Below are positions 31,101 through 39,651 of a stretch of 64,000 nucleotides of DNA, piece by piece. This stretch comes from Bacteroidota bacterium (lineage in GTDB: Bacteria > Bacteroidota > Rhodothermia > Rhodothermales > UBA10348): NCBI GenBank assembly GCA_027622005.1, contig JAQBZH010000001.1, forward strand, positions 24,329-88,328, written 5' to 3'. Below the pieces are notes generated by a model. The model saw nothing but the letters and a program-made list of their open reading frames with translations, had not been told where the DNA came from and searched no databases. How positions within the stretch are numbered: position 1 is the stretch's first letter; every line of letters starts with the position of its first letter. The translations under genes and the position numbers were made by a program.

Positions 31101-31663
31101 CTTTCACCAGCTGCCAGGTTGATTTTACGATCTACGCGGCTAGCAAGAGGTTGACCGAGGAGGTCAATCGCTTCGCCATTTGCGTCAAGCGTTGGGGCGC
31201 CAAGTCCTGTAGGCCAGTCCCGAAGGTCTGGTGTTGCAGTACCACCGCCATTGAAGGAGTTGACATCGTCTTTGTTTATTTTCCAAACACGATCCCAAGG
31301 AGTACAGTTGGCTGGGGAAGATCCATCATCATTCAGAGGACCTGACCAGAATTCGAAGGGGCCGTACGTGGAACCAGCAAGCCTAAGCTGTCCGGCAACC
31401 TGACCACCCATCCAAATTCCTGAAGCAAAAATGGCCTTGTGACCACTTCCTTTTGGAATTTCATATACGTCAGGAGAACCACGATAGAATAACTCTCCGT
31501 TATTCGGAATACGGGCGCGCACATTGTTTATATCGAGGTAGGCCTCGCCAATGGACGGCTCACAGTTGCCGACGCTTTGAGCTCGAGCACCTGGGGTGCT
31601 CAAGAACCCAATTGCAAGCGCGGCAATGAGGAAACTTAATTTTCTAATGTTGTGCATAGTCAT
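28199..31663 (-). CDS. large secreted protein of unknown function with a T9SS type-A C-terminal sorting domain
   Basis: 1154 aa. Signal peptide ending ARAQ. About 450-aa N-terminal domain with acidic Ca-loop-like motifs. FN3-like segment (PSPPNAPRITTTSADGSVLLEW...). The last ~95 aa match the Por secretion tail pattern (IVPNPYKG...ATIRIFTLSGTLIRTLE...WDLQTTDGLPIASGMYIIHI...KFGVIK). Confidence 0.8.
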   Translation of the reverse strand: MTMHNIRKLSFLIAALAIGFLSTPGARAQSVGNCEPSIGEAYLDINNVRARIPNNGELFYRGSPDVYEIPKGSGHKAIFASGIWMGGQVAGQLRLAGSTYGPFEFWSGPLNDDGSSPANCTPWDRVWKINKDDVNSFNGGGTATPDLRDWPTGLGAPTLDANGEAIDLLGQPLASRVDRKINLAAGERPAILGDQMLWWIMNDKGNTHNRSSTPPMGVEVHSSAFAFNTAGALGNSTFYKYRMFYKGTVPLENTYFGIFSDPDLGAAFDDYVGSDSVLGMGFIYNADNDDDGNYGAAPPAAGYDFFQGPLVTDNGKDDDKDGVVDEADERLKMTSFAFYNNGGGIQGDPGNGADMYNFMRGRWKDGQPFTLGGNGLGFSNIVTSFMFPGHPPAFWSELNSDNAGSAIAPADRRFVLSTGPFTVKPNDEQTIIFGIVTSFGLDNLDSVTKMKSDDRVAQAAFDINFVVPSPPNAPRITTTSADGSVLLEWGYRTTDNNYLDSYNVKDPFCSETDCDYAFEGYKVYQYSNPQDQDGVVIGTFDRANGVTRIIDTDGGDLLVVTAEGTDVGVAHSMLVSGLTNYKNYQFGVQAYAYNFDSYPKAYHGPIARVTVIPQKTDKVIAPEAVAAAASGTAIVGVGAETNVGNGGASLRVVNAAAITGHSYKVEFFTAELAGKSALTFIESNDPTERDNDASFHNKLDASKSSVATAVTYDVVDLTTGTKVFDGAAVAANAGIAGPEGIDVLQFDGLSLDVAGAPDGFLGFETVANASGPLNPVRQGSFGFNGFPLVGDGALFYNDRPSPQSTDAGAWGIHAGGASTGNYTNGFLARAVTGRGHGWSRLVPYDFEVRFTPACHAAWVAAKAADEIYATPVAGGCYGYDRFGDGASMYAIPFEVWRIGIATPNNPSDDVRMIVAGLDADGVRGWDITETDSPASGATNDPMTDWNYWYLPNDMTPGPAGAGYNAWLASAIADPSTAGAHGGETLSRVVFVNFNGGAVAGGFESYTSRMPEAGTVFRINTTKPNQPGDSFTMSTDGLGARDRDEAEAKAAMDEIGIVPNPYKGASSYEVTALVDQVRFTNMPNQATIRIFTLSGTLIRTLEKNSAGAMFPWDLQTTDGLPIASGMYIIHIDVPNVGEKVLKFGVIKKRVQLNAF

Positions 31664-31716
31664 CCGTGCTTTTCGGTCTATAATATCTGCTCAAAATCTA
31701 AAAAAGTACCGAGCTC

Positions 31717-31745
31717 CTTGTGCGGGCCAAAAAGGCCCGCACAAG
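31717..31745 (-). other. intercistronic 12-bp GC-rich stem-loop, a possible partial terminator or processing site
   Basis: CTTGTGCGGGCC / GGCCCGCACAAG with a 5-nt loop. On the minus strand a T6 run follows 12 nt later. Confidence 0.45.
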
Positions 31746-31762
31746 TTGCGTCAGCATTTCAC

Positions 31763-34700
31763 TTAGAAGTCAAGACGAACACCAATGCGCGTTAGGCGCG
31801 GAATACCGTAGTTACCAAGACTACGAGTACGGTGTAGATACATTGTTTCAGTTACAGGTACAGAACCTCCTAGGAACTGCTGTCCACCTGGGGTAGCAAG
31901 GAAGCCGTCATCATCAGGAAGACCCGTTGCGCGCCAAACACCAATGATGTTCTGGCCATCGAATAGGTTTTGAACCCAAACGAATGCAGAAAGCGTGGTG
32001 CGTGGTCCAACAGAGAACTTACGATCGACACGAAGGTCGATACGATTCTGCCATGGCATGCGGGCTTGGTTGATTCCACCATCCGGAATTGGAGCTTTTG
32101 ACTCAATTCGGCTAAATGCCTCAAGCTGTCCCGTGTATGGCTGGCCTGACTTTGCGACTGCCAAGATGTTGACTCCGAAGTTCTCAAATAGCTTCATACC
32201 ACCAACGGTTGGGCCTTCTCCGGCTCCAAGACGATAGTCAAGGGAGACGTTAAAGGTGTGACGCTGGTCGAATGCTAATGGGCTGATGAAGTTTGGTGGT
32301 GTTTCATCAATCCAAGCAATCGTGCTGGTCGTCGAAGAAGACGAACCTGTACCCTGAGCAAACGATAACGTGTAGTTTACGTTGGCGGAGACGTTGTTCG
32401 TTCTACGAAGATCGAAGTCGATTTCTAGACCTTTAACGGTACCGAAGTCCGTATTACGGACGGAAGTAACCCCGTTTGGATAAGCATCGCGACGGTCGTC
32501 AATCTGGATCAGGTCTTCAATCTGACGGAAGAATCCGGAGATCGAAAGAGATGAACGAGCAGAAAGAACCTGGCGGAAGCCTAATGAGTACTCCGTTGTG
32601 CGCTCTGGGTCAAGGTCGTTGTTAGATCCACCGCTTCCTGAACCTGACATACCTTCCAGCGACTGGAATGCGCGGTCAGAAGGACGCTGTGCAACGCGGC
32701 CGTAGCTGGCGAAGAACAAAGCCTGATCCGTAACAGGGAAAGAGACCCCGAGACGAGGCATAACCGTAACGCGTGGTTCGTAGTCAACGAAAGAATCTTT
32801 CGTTACACGACCATTTAGCTGATGAGGTCTGGCTCCTGAAAGCAGAATGTTTCCTGCGATCGTTGGCTGGCCAGCCGCATCAAACCATTTGCCTTCACGG
32901 CTACGGAATCCAGCGACGTCAAGTCCGTTGTAATAAACGGCAAAGTCATCGCCAATTAGACCGTTTGAAAGACCAACTTCACCAGCGCGCTCCAGAGGAA
33001 GTGCTGAGTAGCGGTCGTAGTAGGTACGAACGTTGTTGTCAAATACGTCAACACGAACTCCCATATTCAAAACGATATCGCGGAATTCGATTTTGTCTTG
33101 AATATAACCGCCGTAATAAATCGGCTGGTGAGGTGCAACGTTGTAACTAGATAGTTGATCACCCTTAGCACTAAGTGCCAAAGGATCGTCATTGGCATCT
33201 AGGTCATTTACGTATCTATTGAGATCTTCTGAGTCTACTTCTTCGTCACCAAAAACGTTGTAGCCAACGTAGCTGGTTGCGCCTTCAAGCTGTGCCCAGG
33301 TAAGGTCATAGAAGTCAGAAACTTCTTCGCCGCTACCTGCGGTAACGCCTTCAGCACCTGGGGAATAAAGAGCGCCAGCGTCATCAAAATAGCGGGCAAT
33401 GGTACGACCACTGAGGCTATATGAGCGGTTGGTTTGTTGCTCGAATTCTCCACCGAACTCAATCTGGTGCAAGCCAATCTGCGTTGCAGCCATCGCATTG
33501 AAGCGAAGTTGGGTACTGTGGAACTGGAAGTAACCAGCAGGACCGGTGCTTCCGGGAGGAGCTACGAGTTTACCAATGGTCTCGCTGTTGTTAAACTTAC
33601 CATCTTCCCAACGATAGGTGTATTGCGGCTGATTCGCCATGATAGGCGTGTCGTCAGCAGGATCGTCGGTGCCGTGATTGTCTACACCAACCTGGACAGA
33701 CGTGAACGTAACGTTTTTGTAACCACGGTTGGTCGCATATACGTCGTTGTCAAAATCTCCCCAGTTCATAACGTCCGCGCGTCTGGTCAAACCAAAGCGA
33801 GGATCGTAGTTTTTACCTGACCGATCGGTATAGTCGAACTGAAGTTGGTAAAACGTAGAGTTGGAAAGATAATGCGTCCATGTTGCGAAGAACTGACTGT
33901 CGAAACGATCATTCGCTCCATAGTTATCCGGAGAAAAAACGTTCAGCGTTGAAAGGCCTTCGCCTTCTGAACCTACGTAACGTCCACCTACGCGCATGCG
34001 TACGTTTTCCATAACGTTGAAATTCAGATTTCCGTTAACAGCGAATCTGTTGTACGAAGTGCCTCTTTTTGCCTTTTCGACAGTGAAATCGTCAGCGGTT
34101 AAGAAGTTAGCACTTTCAACGAAGTTGAAATTAACGGAAGCAGGATCGACGCCGGCAGGAACGCTAATGACCGTTCCGTCTCCAGCAGTGATCTGATCGT
34201 TAACAATAACGACGTGTCCATCAGCGTCAACAGGCAAATAGGTCTCGCCCATAGATGCTGGAACCGGAATCAAAACCCTGTTTCCATCAGCATCCAATCC
34301 CTGCATAGAAGCCGGGAATTGGCTCATTTCCTCAATCGTGGCGCTGCTAGCTTTCAACTGACCAATTGCGCGAGGATTGCTATCCCCTTGACTTAGGTAT
34401 TCAGCTGCCAAGAAGAAGTTGACGTTGTCTCCCATAACCGGACCACCAATCGCAGCAGAAGCCAGATTGTATCCGAAATCATCTAATGATTCTGAGGTAA
34501 TGCCCTCAAATGAACCAAAGAATTTCGAAGAACCTGACTTAGTTGTGATATTGATGATTCCTGACATGGCGTCGCCATACCGAGCGGAGATGTTACCAAT
34601 AATCATCTCCTGCTCTTGAATGGCGGACTGTGGAAGTGCGGTAGTACCGACCACTTTCACACCGTCAATATAATATGTAACCTCAGCACCGCGACCACCG

Positions 34701-35200
34701 CGAACGTTGAGTGCACCTGAACCTTCGTCATTAACAACACCGGCTTGGATGGCAGCAACGGCTGCGGCTCCACGCACTGGTAAGTTAACAATTTGTTCAG
34801 CGTCAACGATCTTAGGAACACCAACGGCGTCCTTCTGGATCAGCGGGCGTTCATATTCAACGACGATTTCGCCAAGGTCAACACCTTCTGTGAGAGCGAA
34901 GTTTACTTCCTGGGTATACCCAGAAGAAACTTGCACACCAGCAACGGTTGATTCTTGATAACCGACGAATCGAGCTTGAACACTGTATGAACCAACCGGA
35001 ACACCGATGACGAAATAATTTCCATCGTTGTCCGTTATGGTTCCTAGCGTTGTGCCGACTAAAATGACCTGTGCGCCTGGTAATGGATCTCCAGTACCTG
35101 CGTCGGTCACTACTCCCGTAATTTTACCCGTGTTTTGGGCAAATACGAGGGCCGGCGTAGCTAGCAGCATGAGTACAAGCATGCCCCATTTACGTAACAT
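31763..35200 (-). CDS. TonB-dependent outer-membrane receptor with an N-terminal CarboxypepD_reg-like domain
   Basis: 1145 aa. Signal peptide. GKITGVVTDAGTGDPLPGAQV...GNYFVIGVPVGSY domain. Plug motifs (NVRGGRG...YYIDGVKV, ARYGDAMSGIINITTKSG). Terminal RIGVRLDF. AGGAGG Shine-Dalgarno 7 nt upstream. Confidence 0.9.
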   Translation of the reverse strand: MLRKWGMLVLMLLATPALVFAQNTGKITGVVTDAGTGDPLPGAQVILVGTTLGTITDNDGNYFVIGVPVGSYSVQARFVGYQESTVAGVQVSSGYTQEVNFALTEGVDLGEIVVEYERPLIQKDAVGVPKIVDAEQIVNLPVRGAAAVAAIQAGVVNDEGSGALNVRGGRGAEVTYYIDGVKVVGTTALPQSAIQEQEMIIGNISARYGDAMSGIINITTKSGSSKFFGSFEGITSESLDDFGYNLASAAIGGPVMGDNVNFFLAAEYLSQGDSNPRAIGQLKASSATIEEMSQFPASMQGLDADGNRVLIPVPASMGETYLPVDADGHVVIVNDQITAGDGTVISVPAGVDPASVNFNFVESANFLTADDFTVEKAKRGTSYNRFAVNGNLNFNVMENVRMRVGGRYVGSEGEGLSTLNVFSPDNYGANDRFDSQFFATWTHYLSNSTFYQLQFDYTDRSGKNYDPRFGLTRRADVMNWGDFDNDVYATNRGYKNVTFTSVQVGVDNHGTDDPADDTPIMANQPQYTYRWEDGKFNNSETIGKLVAPPGSTGPAGYFQFHSTQLRFNAMAATQIGLHQIEFGGEFEQQTNRSYSLSGRTIARYFDDAGALYSPGAEGVTAGSGEEVSDFYDLTWAQLEGATSYVGYNVFGDEEVDSEDLNRYVNDLDANDDPLALSAKGDQLSSYNVAPHQPIYYGGYIQDKIEFRDIVLNMGVRVDVFDNNVRTYYDRYSALPLERAGEVGLSNGLIGDDFAVYYNGLDVAGFRSREGKWFDAAGQPTIAGNILLSGARPHQLNGRVTKDSFVDYEPRVTVMPRLGVSFPVTDQALFFASYGRVAQRPSDRAFQSLEGMSGSGSGGSNNDLDPERTTEYSLGFRQVLSARSSLSISGFFRQIEDLIQIDDRRDAYPNGVTSVRNTDFGTVKGLEIDFDLRRTNNVSANVNYTLSFAQGTGSSSSTTSTIAWIDETPPNFISPLAFDQRHTFNVSLDYRLGAGEGPTVGGMKLFENFGVNILAVAKSGQPYTGQLEAFSRIESKAPIPDGGINQARMPWQNRIDLRVDRKFSVGPRTTLSAFVWVQNLFDGQNIIGVWRATGLPDDDGFLATPGGQQFLGGSVPVTETMYLHRTRSLGNYGIPRLTRIGVRLDF

Positions 35201-35210
35201 AAGCTACCTC

Positions 35211-35621
35211 CTAGTGAAATGATGTGTGGCTTAAAGTGCTGCAGCTCATTCCCACATCGGAACGAGTGCAATTTCTATCGTGCAAAACACCCGCATTAAG
35301 CGCCGCATTCAAAATGAAAGCAGAACTCGATACAGGTGTCGTTTGCGATTTCCGTGCAATGCACGAATTTCTTTGATGAACGGAAACGTTCAAAGATGGG
35401 ATTGGCCCTAAACGGAATCCAAAATCCGGATCAAAACCCGTGACCTGTTTTAAAGCAAGGTCCAGTAGTATGGCGGAATCTTTCTGCAAATAGTCTTTCG
35501 ACCATTTGATCTCCAGCACAGCTCCAACAGGCGAAGTGGCGAGGGCATAGCTATCGCAACTAAATTCAGGTTTCGCTTGAAAGGTGGGGGTTGAAAAGCT
35601 GTATCGAAAATCCAACGGCAA
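35211..35621 (-). CDS. doubtful ORF within the long leader of the TonB-dependent receptor gene
   Basis: 136 codons open from a TTG. It has no signal peptide, no motif and Ser/Thr-rich low-information composition. It ends 10 nt before the receptor ATG. It may be non-coding leader RNA or a gene remnant. Confidence 0.2.
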   Translation of the reverse strand: MPLDFRYSFSTPTFQAKPEFSCDSYALATSPVGAVLEIKWSKDYLQKDSAILLDLALKQVTGFDPDFGFRLGPIPSLNVSVHQRNSCIARKSQTTPVSSSAFILNAALNAGVLHDRNCTRSDVGMSCSTLSHTSFH

Positions 35622-35664
35622 TCCTTTTTCGTTAATCGTTTCCTAACATCAGAATCGGTTTCTA

Positions 35665-35693
35665 AATATAGATGGGGTTTTCTCGTTTGTCAA
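35665..35693 (-). promoter_or_regulatory. sigma70-like promoter (TTGACA-N17-TATATT) upstream of the receptor module
   Basis: The minus strand reads TTGACA aacgagaaaaccccatc TATATT (plus 35693-35688 and 35670-35665). The spacer is exactly 17 nt. The predicted TSS near 35658 gives a ~455-nt leader. Confidence 0.5.
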
Positions 35694-35806
35694 GGGAAGA
35701 TGAATGCCCGTTTAACGGGTATTTCCTTTTGCCAAAAACGCGTCGATTATCCGCTCTTTCTTCAAATACCGTTCTACGGGAACGATAATACACATTAAAT
35801 TTGAAT

Positions 35807-37405
35807 TCAAGGCATGAATTCGAGCATGCACACCCCGTTGACCCCCGAGATGTTAGCAACTTCGTCCAGGATATTGCGGGAAATGGCCTGGTCTACCGAA
35901 ATAGCTGTGAGCGCTTCATCGCCCGGTCTCGATCTTCCTAGGGACAAAGAACCGATGTTTACATCGTTTTCAGCCAGTATTTGCCCCACTTTGGCCAACA
36001 TTCCAGGCTTATCCGTATTTCTATAAAACAGTACTTGCCCTTCGGTTTTGATTTCAACGTTAAACTTATCCACGGAAGTTATTCGCCCATCATCACCCGA
36101 AAAAATGGTGCCGGCAATCGAAAGGGTCTCTTGACGTCCCTGCAGTCGAAGTTCAATCAGGTTTGAAAATGACTGTTCTGATTGAAAGGTTTCGACATCT
36201 ACTACCAGTCCGCTTTCCGACGCGATCACTTCAGCGTTCACGAGATTGACCGGTTCTTTCCAATTGGTTGACAGGAATCCCTTCAGGGCGACCACTTTCA
36301 AAACATCTTTATACTTTCTGGGAATGTCGCCGTGACAACGGGTAAGGAGGCGCTCCACCGGTTGTTGAAAAATTTGATGGGCGGCATAGCCAAGTCGTTC
36401 GGCAAGGTGGATGAATGGCTTTACCTCCGGCTGAGCCGACATGCGGACGGCTATTGCATTCACTGCCGTTAAGACAACTTCCCCTTTCAGAGCGTTGATG
36501 ACCTGCTCCGTAACTTGCACGGCTACCTTTTCCCCAGCTTCCTCTGTTGAAGCTGCAATATGGGGCGTGGCTACAACATTTGGATGCCTGATCAGATTAA
36601 AAATGGTCTCTGTGGGCGGTTCTGATGAGTAGACGTCCAGGGCTGCCGCCCCAACTTGTCCGGACTCCAGGGCCCTCAATAGCGCCGATTCGTCCACAAT
36701 GCCGCCCCTCGCGCAATTGACAATGCCTACCCCAACTTTGCATTTAGCTATCGATTCGTCACCCAGTAGTCCTGCTGTAGCTGGAATGAGCGGCGTGTGG
36801 ACCGTTATATAGTCAGAGCGCGAAAACAAGTCGTCCAACTCGACCAATTCAATTCCCATTTTGACTGCGGCCTCTGAAGTCAGCATCGGATCGTATCCGA
36901 TGACCGTCATATTAAAAGCGAGGCAACGCTCCGCGACCGCTTTGCCAATTTTTCCGATTCCAGCAATACCAATGGTTTTGCCTGATAACTCAGAACCTGT
37001 GTAAGGCTTTCGATCCCACTTCCCAGACAATAGGGAAGCTGCAGCCGGGGAAATTTTGCGAGCCATGGCGAGAAGCATGGCAAGCGTATGCTCGGCGGTT
37101 GAAATCGTGTTGCCTTCCGGTGCATTTAGCACTAGTATTCCTTTCTTGGTGGCCAGTGGAATATCAACGTTATCGACGCCAACGCCCGCTCTCCCAATGG
37201 CAACAAGCGATTTTGCTGCATCCAAAAAGGAAGCGTCAATCGATGTTCCGCTTCGAATGATCCACCCGTGAAATTCAGAACATCGATCCAAAATGTCTTC
37301 CCGCGTCCATTTCGACCCGTCGACCACTTCAAATCCGGCATCCGACAATAGGGTAAAACACAACGGGTGAAGCGAATCGGTAATTAGAACTCTTTTTTGC
37401 ATCAT
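35807..37405 (-). CDS. serA: D-3-phosphoglycerate dehydrogenase (long form with ACT domain)
   Basis: 532 aa. GRAGVGVDNVD, GIAGIGKIG NAD motif, and a C-terminal ACT-like region. Confidence 0.92.
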   Translation of the reverse strand: MMQKRVLITDSLHPLCFTLLSDAGFEVVDGSKWTREDILDRCSEFHGWIIRSGTSIDASFLDAAKSLVAIGRAGVGVDNVDIPLATKKGILVLNAPEGNTISTAEHTLAMLLAMARKISPAAASLLSGKWDRKPYTGSELSGKTIGIAGIGKIGKAVAERCLAFNMTVIGYDPMLTSEAAVKMGIELVELDDLFSRSDYITVHTPLIPATAGLLGDESIAKCKVGVGIVNCARGGIVDESALLRALESGQVGAAALDVYSSEPPTETIFNLIRHPNVVATPHIAASTEEAGEKVAVQVTEQVINALKGEVVLTAVNAIAVRMSAQPEVKPFIHLAERLGYAAHQIFQQPVERLLTRCHGDIPRKYKDVLKVVALKGFLSTNWKEPVNLVNAEVIASESGLVVDVETFQSEQSFSNLIELRLQGRQETLSIAGTIFSGDDGRITSVDKFNVEIKTEGQVLFYRNTDKPGMLAKVGQILAENDVNIGSLSLGRSRPGDEALTAISVDQAISRNILDEVANISGVNGVCMLEFMP

Positions 37406-37441
37406 ATATAAGGTATAGTCGGAGGGCCAAGATCGAAGGGG

Positions 37442-38029
37442 CTAGGCTAAATAGGTGTCGATCCAATCCAAAATCGCATCTCTCCCGCGCCCATCGTTTG
37501 CACTAGTCAAAACTACGGGTCTTTCTTTTCCGAGCTCCAATAGTGCTTCGTGGACTCGCTGGGTGGCTTTCGAGCGTTCGTTTCCAGAAAGTTTGTCTGA
37601 TTTGGTCAATAGAACGACATGATCCGCCGGGGACTGGGCCATGAGCAGAACCACTTCTCGATCTAAATCGGTCGGTGGATGCCGAGAATCCATTAATTGG
37701 AAAACGACTTTAAGCTGTTCTCTCTCAGAAAGGTAGTTTGCGATGCTCTGTTGCCACTTGGCTCGCTGAGTCTTAGAGACTCTTGCATACCCGAATCCGG
37801 GGAGATCAACTACGTGAAAACGCTCGTTAACCAAATAAAAATTGATTTCCTGGGTTTTACCTGGAGTGCTACTAGTTCGTGCTATGCTTTTGCGTTGGAG
37901 AAGTCGGTTAATGAGCGAACTCTTTCCAACATTGGATCGACCGATGAAGGCTACCTCCGGGAGCGGTCCCTGAGGCATATTCTTCAAAGAGGTCGAACCT
38001 TGGGCAAAACTAACCTTATCAATTTTCAT
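37442..38029 (-). CDS. engB: ribosome biogenesis GTP-binding protein YsxC/EngB
   Basis: 195 aa. GRSNVGKSSLIN, DLPGFGYA and TKSDK motifs. Confidence 0.9.
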   Translation of the reverse strand: MKIDKVSFAQGSTSLKNMPQGPLPEVAFIGRSNVGKSSLINRLLQRKSIARTSSTPGKTQEINFYLVNERFHVVDLPGFGYARVSKTQRAKWQQSIANYLSEREQLKVVFQLMDSRHPPTDLDREVVLLMAQSPADHVVLLTKSDKLSGNERSKATQRVHEALLELGKERPVVLTSANDGRGRDAILDWIDTYLA

Positions 38030-38060
38030 TCGCGACCTGGCGTCAGCGGCTGAAGTTCAA

Positions 38061-38936
38061 TCACGCGATCGAAAAATGCGCTGCTACGGCGGCTCCTATG
38101 GCTGCGGGGTTTAACACAATGGTAGCCCCGGCTTCTTCCAAGGCAGCAAATTTGTCTGCAGCGGTTCCTTTACCGCCTGAAATAATGGCACCGGCGTGTC
38201 CCATTCTTCGTCCGGGAGGCGCCGTCCGTCCTGCAATGAAGACGAAAACTGGCTTATTCATATAATCGCGGATATAGGCTGCGGCTTCCTCTTCGGCTGT
38301 TCCGCCAATTTCACCGATCATGACAACGGCTTCCGTTGCGTCATCCGCCTGAAAAAGCTTTAGAATGTCTAGGAATCGGGATCCAATGATAGGGTCTCCG
38401 CCAATACCGACGGCCGTGCTTTGTCCAAGACCTTGCCGCGTCAACTGATCCACCGCCTCATACGTTAGCGTACCGCTCCGAGAAACGACGCCTACATTCC
38501 CTTCTGAAAAAATCATAGCGGGCATAATGCCGACTTTAGCCTGACCCGGAGTGAATATTCCAGGACAATTTGGGCCGATCAAAGCTGCCCCTTTCTGCTT
38601 TACATAATGGTAAACAGGGATCATATCGTTTACCGGGATTCCTTCCGTGATGCAAACGATTGTTTTGATCCCAGCGTCAGCGGCCTCTAAAATAGCATCG
38701 GCTGCAAACGGTGGGGGAACAAAGATGACCGATGTGTTGGCTCCTTCCATCGAAACAGCGTCAGAAACCGTATTAAACACCGGTTTTCCAAGGTGGGTAT
38801 CCCCGCCCTTGCCAGGAGTTACGCCTCCAATTAAGGGGGTGCCGTACTCGAGCATTTGCTCCGAATGAAAACTCCCTTCTTTCCCGGTGAAGCCTTGAAC
38901 GACGAGTCGGGTATTTTTGTCAACCAGGATGGCCAT
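38061..38936 (-). CDS. sucD: succinate--CoA ligase subunit alpha
   Basis: 291 aa. [18 protein letters not shown] and GHAGAII phospho-His motifs. Confidence 0.95.
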   Translation of the reverse strand: MAILVDKNTRLVVQGFTGKEGSFHSEQMLEYGTPLIGGVTPGKGGDTHLGKPVFNTVSDAVSMEGANTSVIFVPPPFAADAILEAADAGIKTIVCITEGIPVNDMIPVYHYVKQKGAALIGPNCPGIFTPGQAKVGIMPAMIFSEGNVGVVSRSGTLTYEAVDQLTRQGLGQSTAVGIGGDPIIGSRFLDILKLFQADDATEAVVMIGEIGGTAEEEAAAYIRDYMNKPVFVFIAGRTAPPGRRMGHAGAIISGGKGTAADKFAALEEAGATIVLNPAAIGAAVAAHFSIA

Positions 38937-39093
38937 GGTTTGTATTCTTTCTGATTAAAGTGTCCGCAAACGGGTTCCCGTCGGCACGGGAAAATTGCCA
39001 GAGTAGTTTAGCGCCTAAGTACCGCAACCTCAATCTTTTAATGTAAACCTCTAACGAAATCGACCGGCCTTCTCCGAATAAACTAGATCGGGC

Positions 39094-39129
39094 ACACAAA
39101 AAAGGGGCCGTTCGCGAAGCGAACGGCCC
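39094..39129 (-). terminator. Rho-independent terminator downstream of tatA
   Basis: 11-bp stem GGGCCGTTCGC / GCGAACGGCCC (39105-39115 / 39119-39129) with a 3-nt loop. The minus strand continues with CTTTTTTGTGTG. Confidence 0.75.
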
Positions 39130-39155
39130 AAAAAGAAAGTAAGCTATAATCGGTT

Positions 39156-39467
39156 CTAAGAGGGATTATTTGACTGCCCCGGTCCGCCTTGCGGAATTTG
39201 TCCCTCTTGCTGAATTTGTCCTTCGGCGCGGTAAGCTTCCGAAGAATCCATCCGGGGTGCCGACATTCCCTGCGTTGGTGGTGCTGTGTGAATGCGATGG
39301 GCCGGTTCATTCACGTTTATCTCTCTTGAAATTTCGCTTGTAGCAGCTTTGAACTCTTTAATTCCTTTTCCTAGTCCTCGTGCAATTTCAGGAATCCGTT
39401 TGGCGCCAAAAATGAGTAGGATGGCTAGAAAAATTAAAACGAGTTCGAAGGGTCCGAGGCTTCCCAT
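39156..39467 (-). CDS. tatA: twin-arginine translocase TatA/TatE family subunit
   Basis: 103 aa. N-terminal TM helix followed by the FGAKRIPEIARGLGKGIKEFK amphipathic motif. Confidence 0.88.
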   Translation of the reverse strand: MGSLGPFELVLIFLAILLIFGAKRIPEIARGLGKGIKEFKAATSEISREINVNEPAHRIHTAPPTQGMSAPRMDSSEAYRAEGQIQQEGQIPQGGPGQSNNPS

Positions 39468-39651
39468 AATTCCTCAATCGATAGATGTGGGTGAGTGCGT
39501 AAAGAGGTGGAACATGAAATTCCATCATTTACACAAGAAACGGTAAAATAAGCAGAAATCCCTTGAAAAGTGCAGGAGTACCACCATTTTTATTGTACTA
39601 CGAATCGGTTAAAACGGTGTTCCGAATGCTTATAATAGCATTATCCGTTGA

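Noticed and set aside
35201-35658. Possible cobalamin or other riboswitch in the long leader of the TonB-dependent receptor gene
   Set aside because: I read the minus strand for a B12 box (GCCACTG-like with its flanking conserved core) and for other familiar riboswitch cores. Only a partial GCCACT was present, without the surrounding conserved elements. The region is kept as an unexplained leader, not called as a riboswitch.
38937-39093. Possible small RNA in the 219-nt gap between sucD and tatA
   Set aside because: Beyond the tatA terminator there is only a short hairpin (CCCGT/ACGGG). Nothing resembles a known ncRNA, so this is most simply the sucD promoter and 5' UTR.
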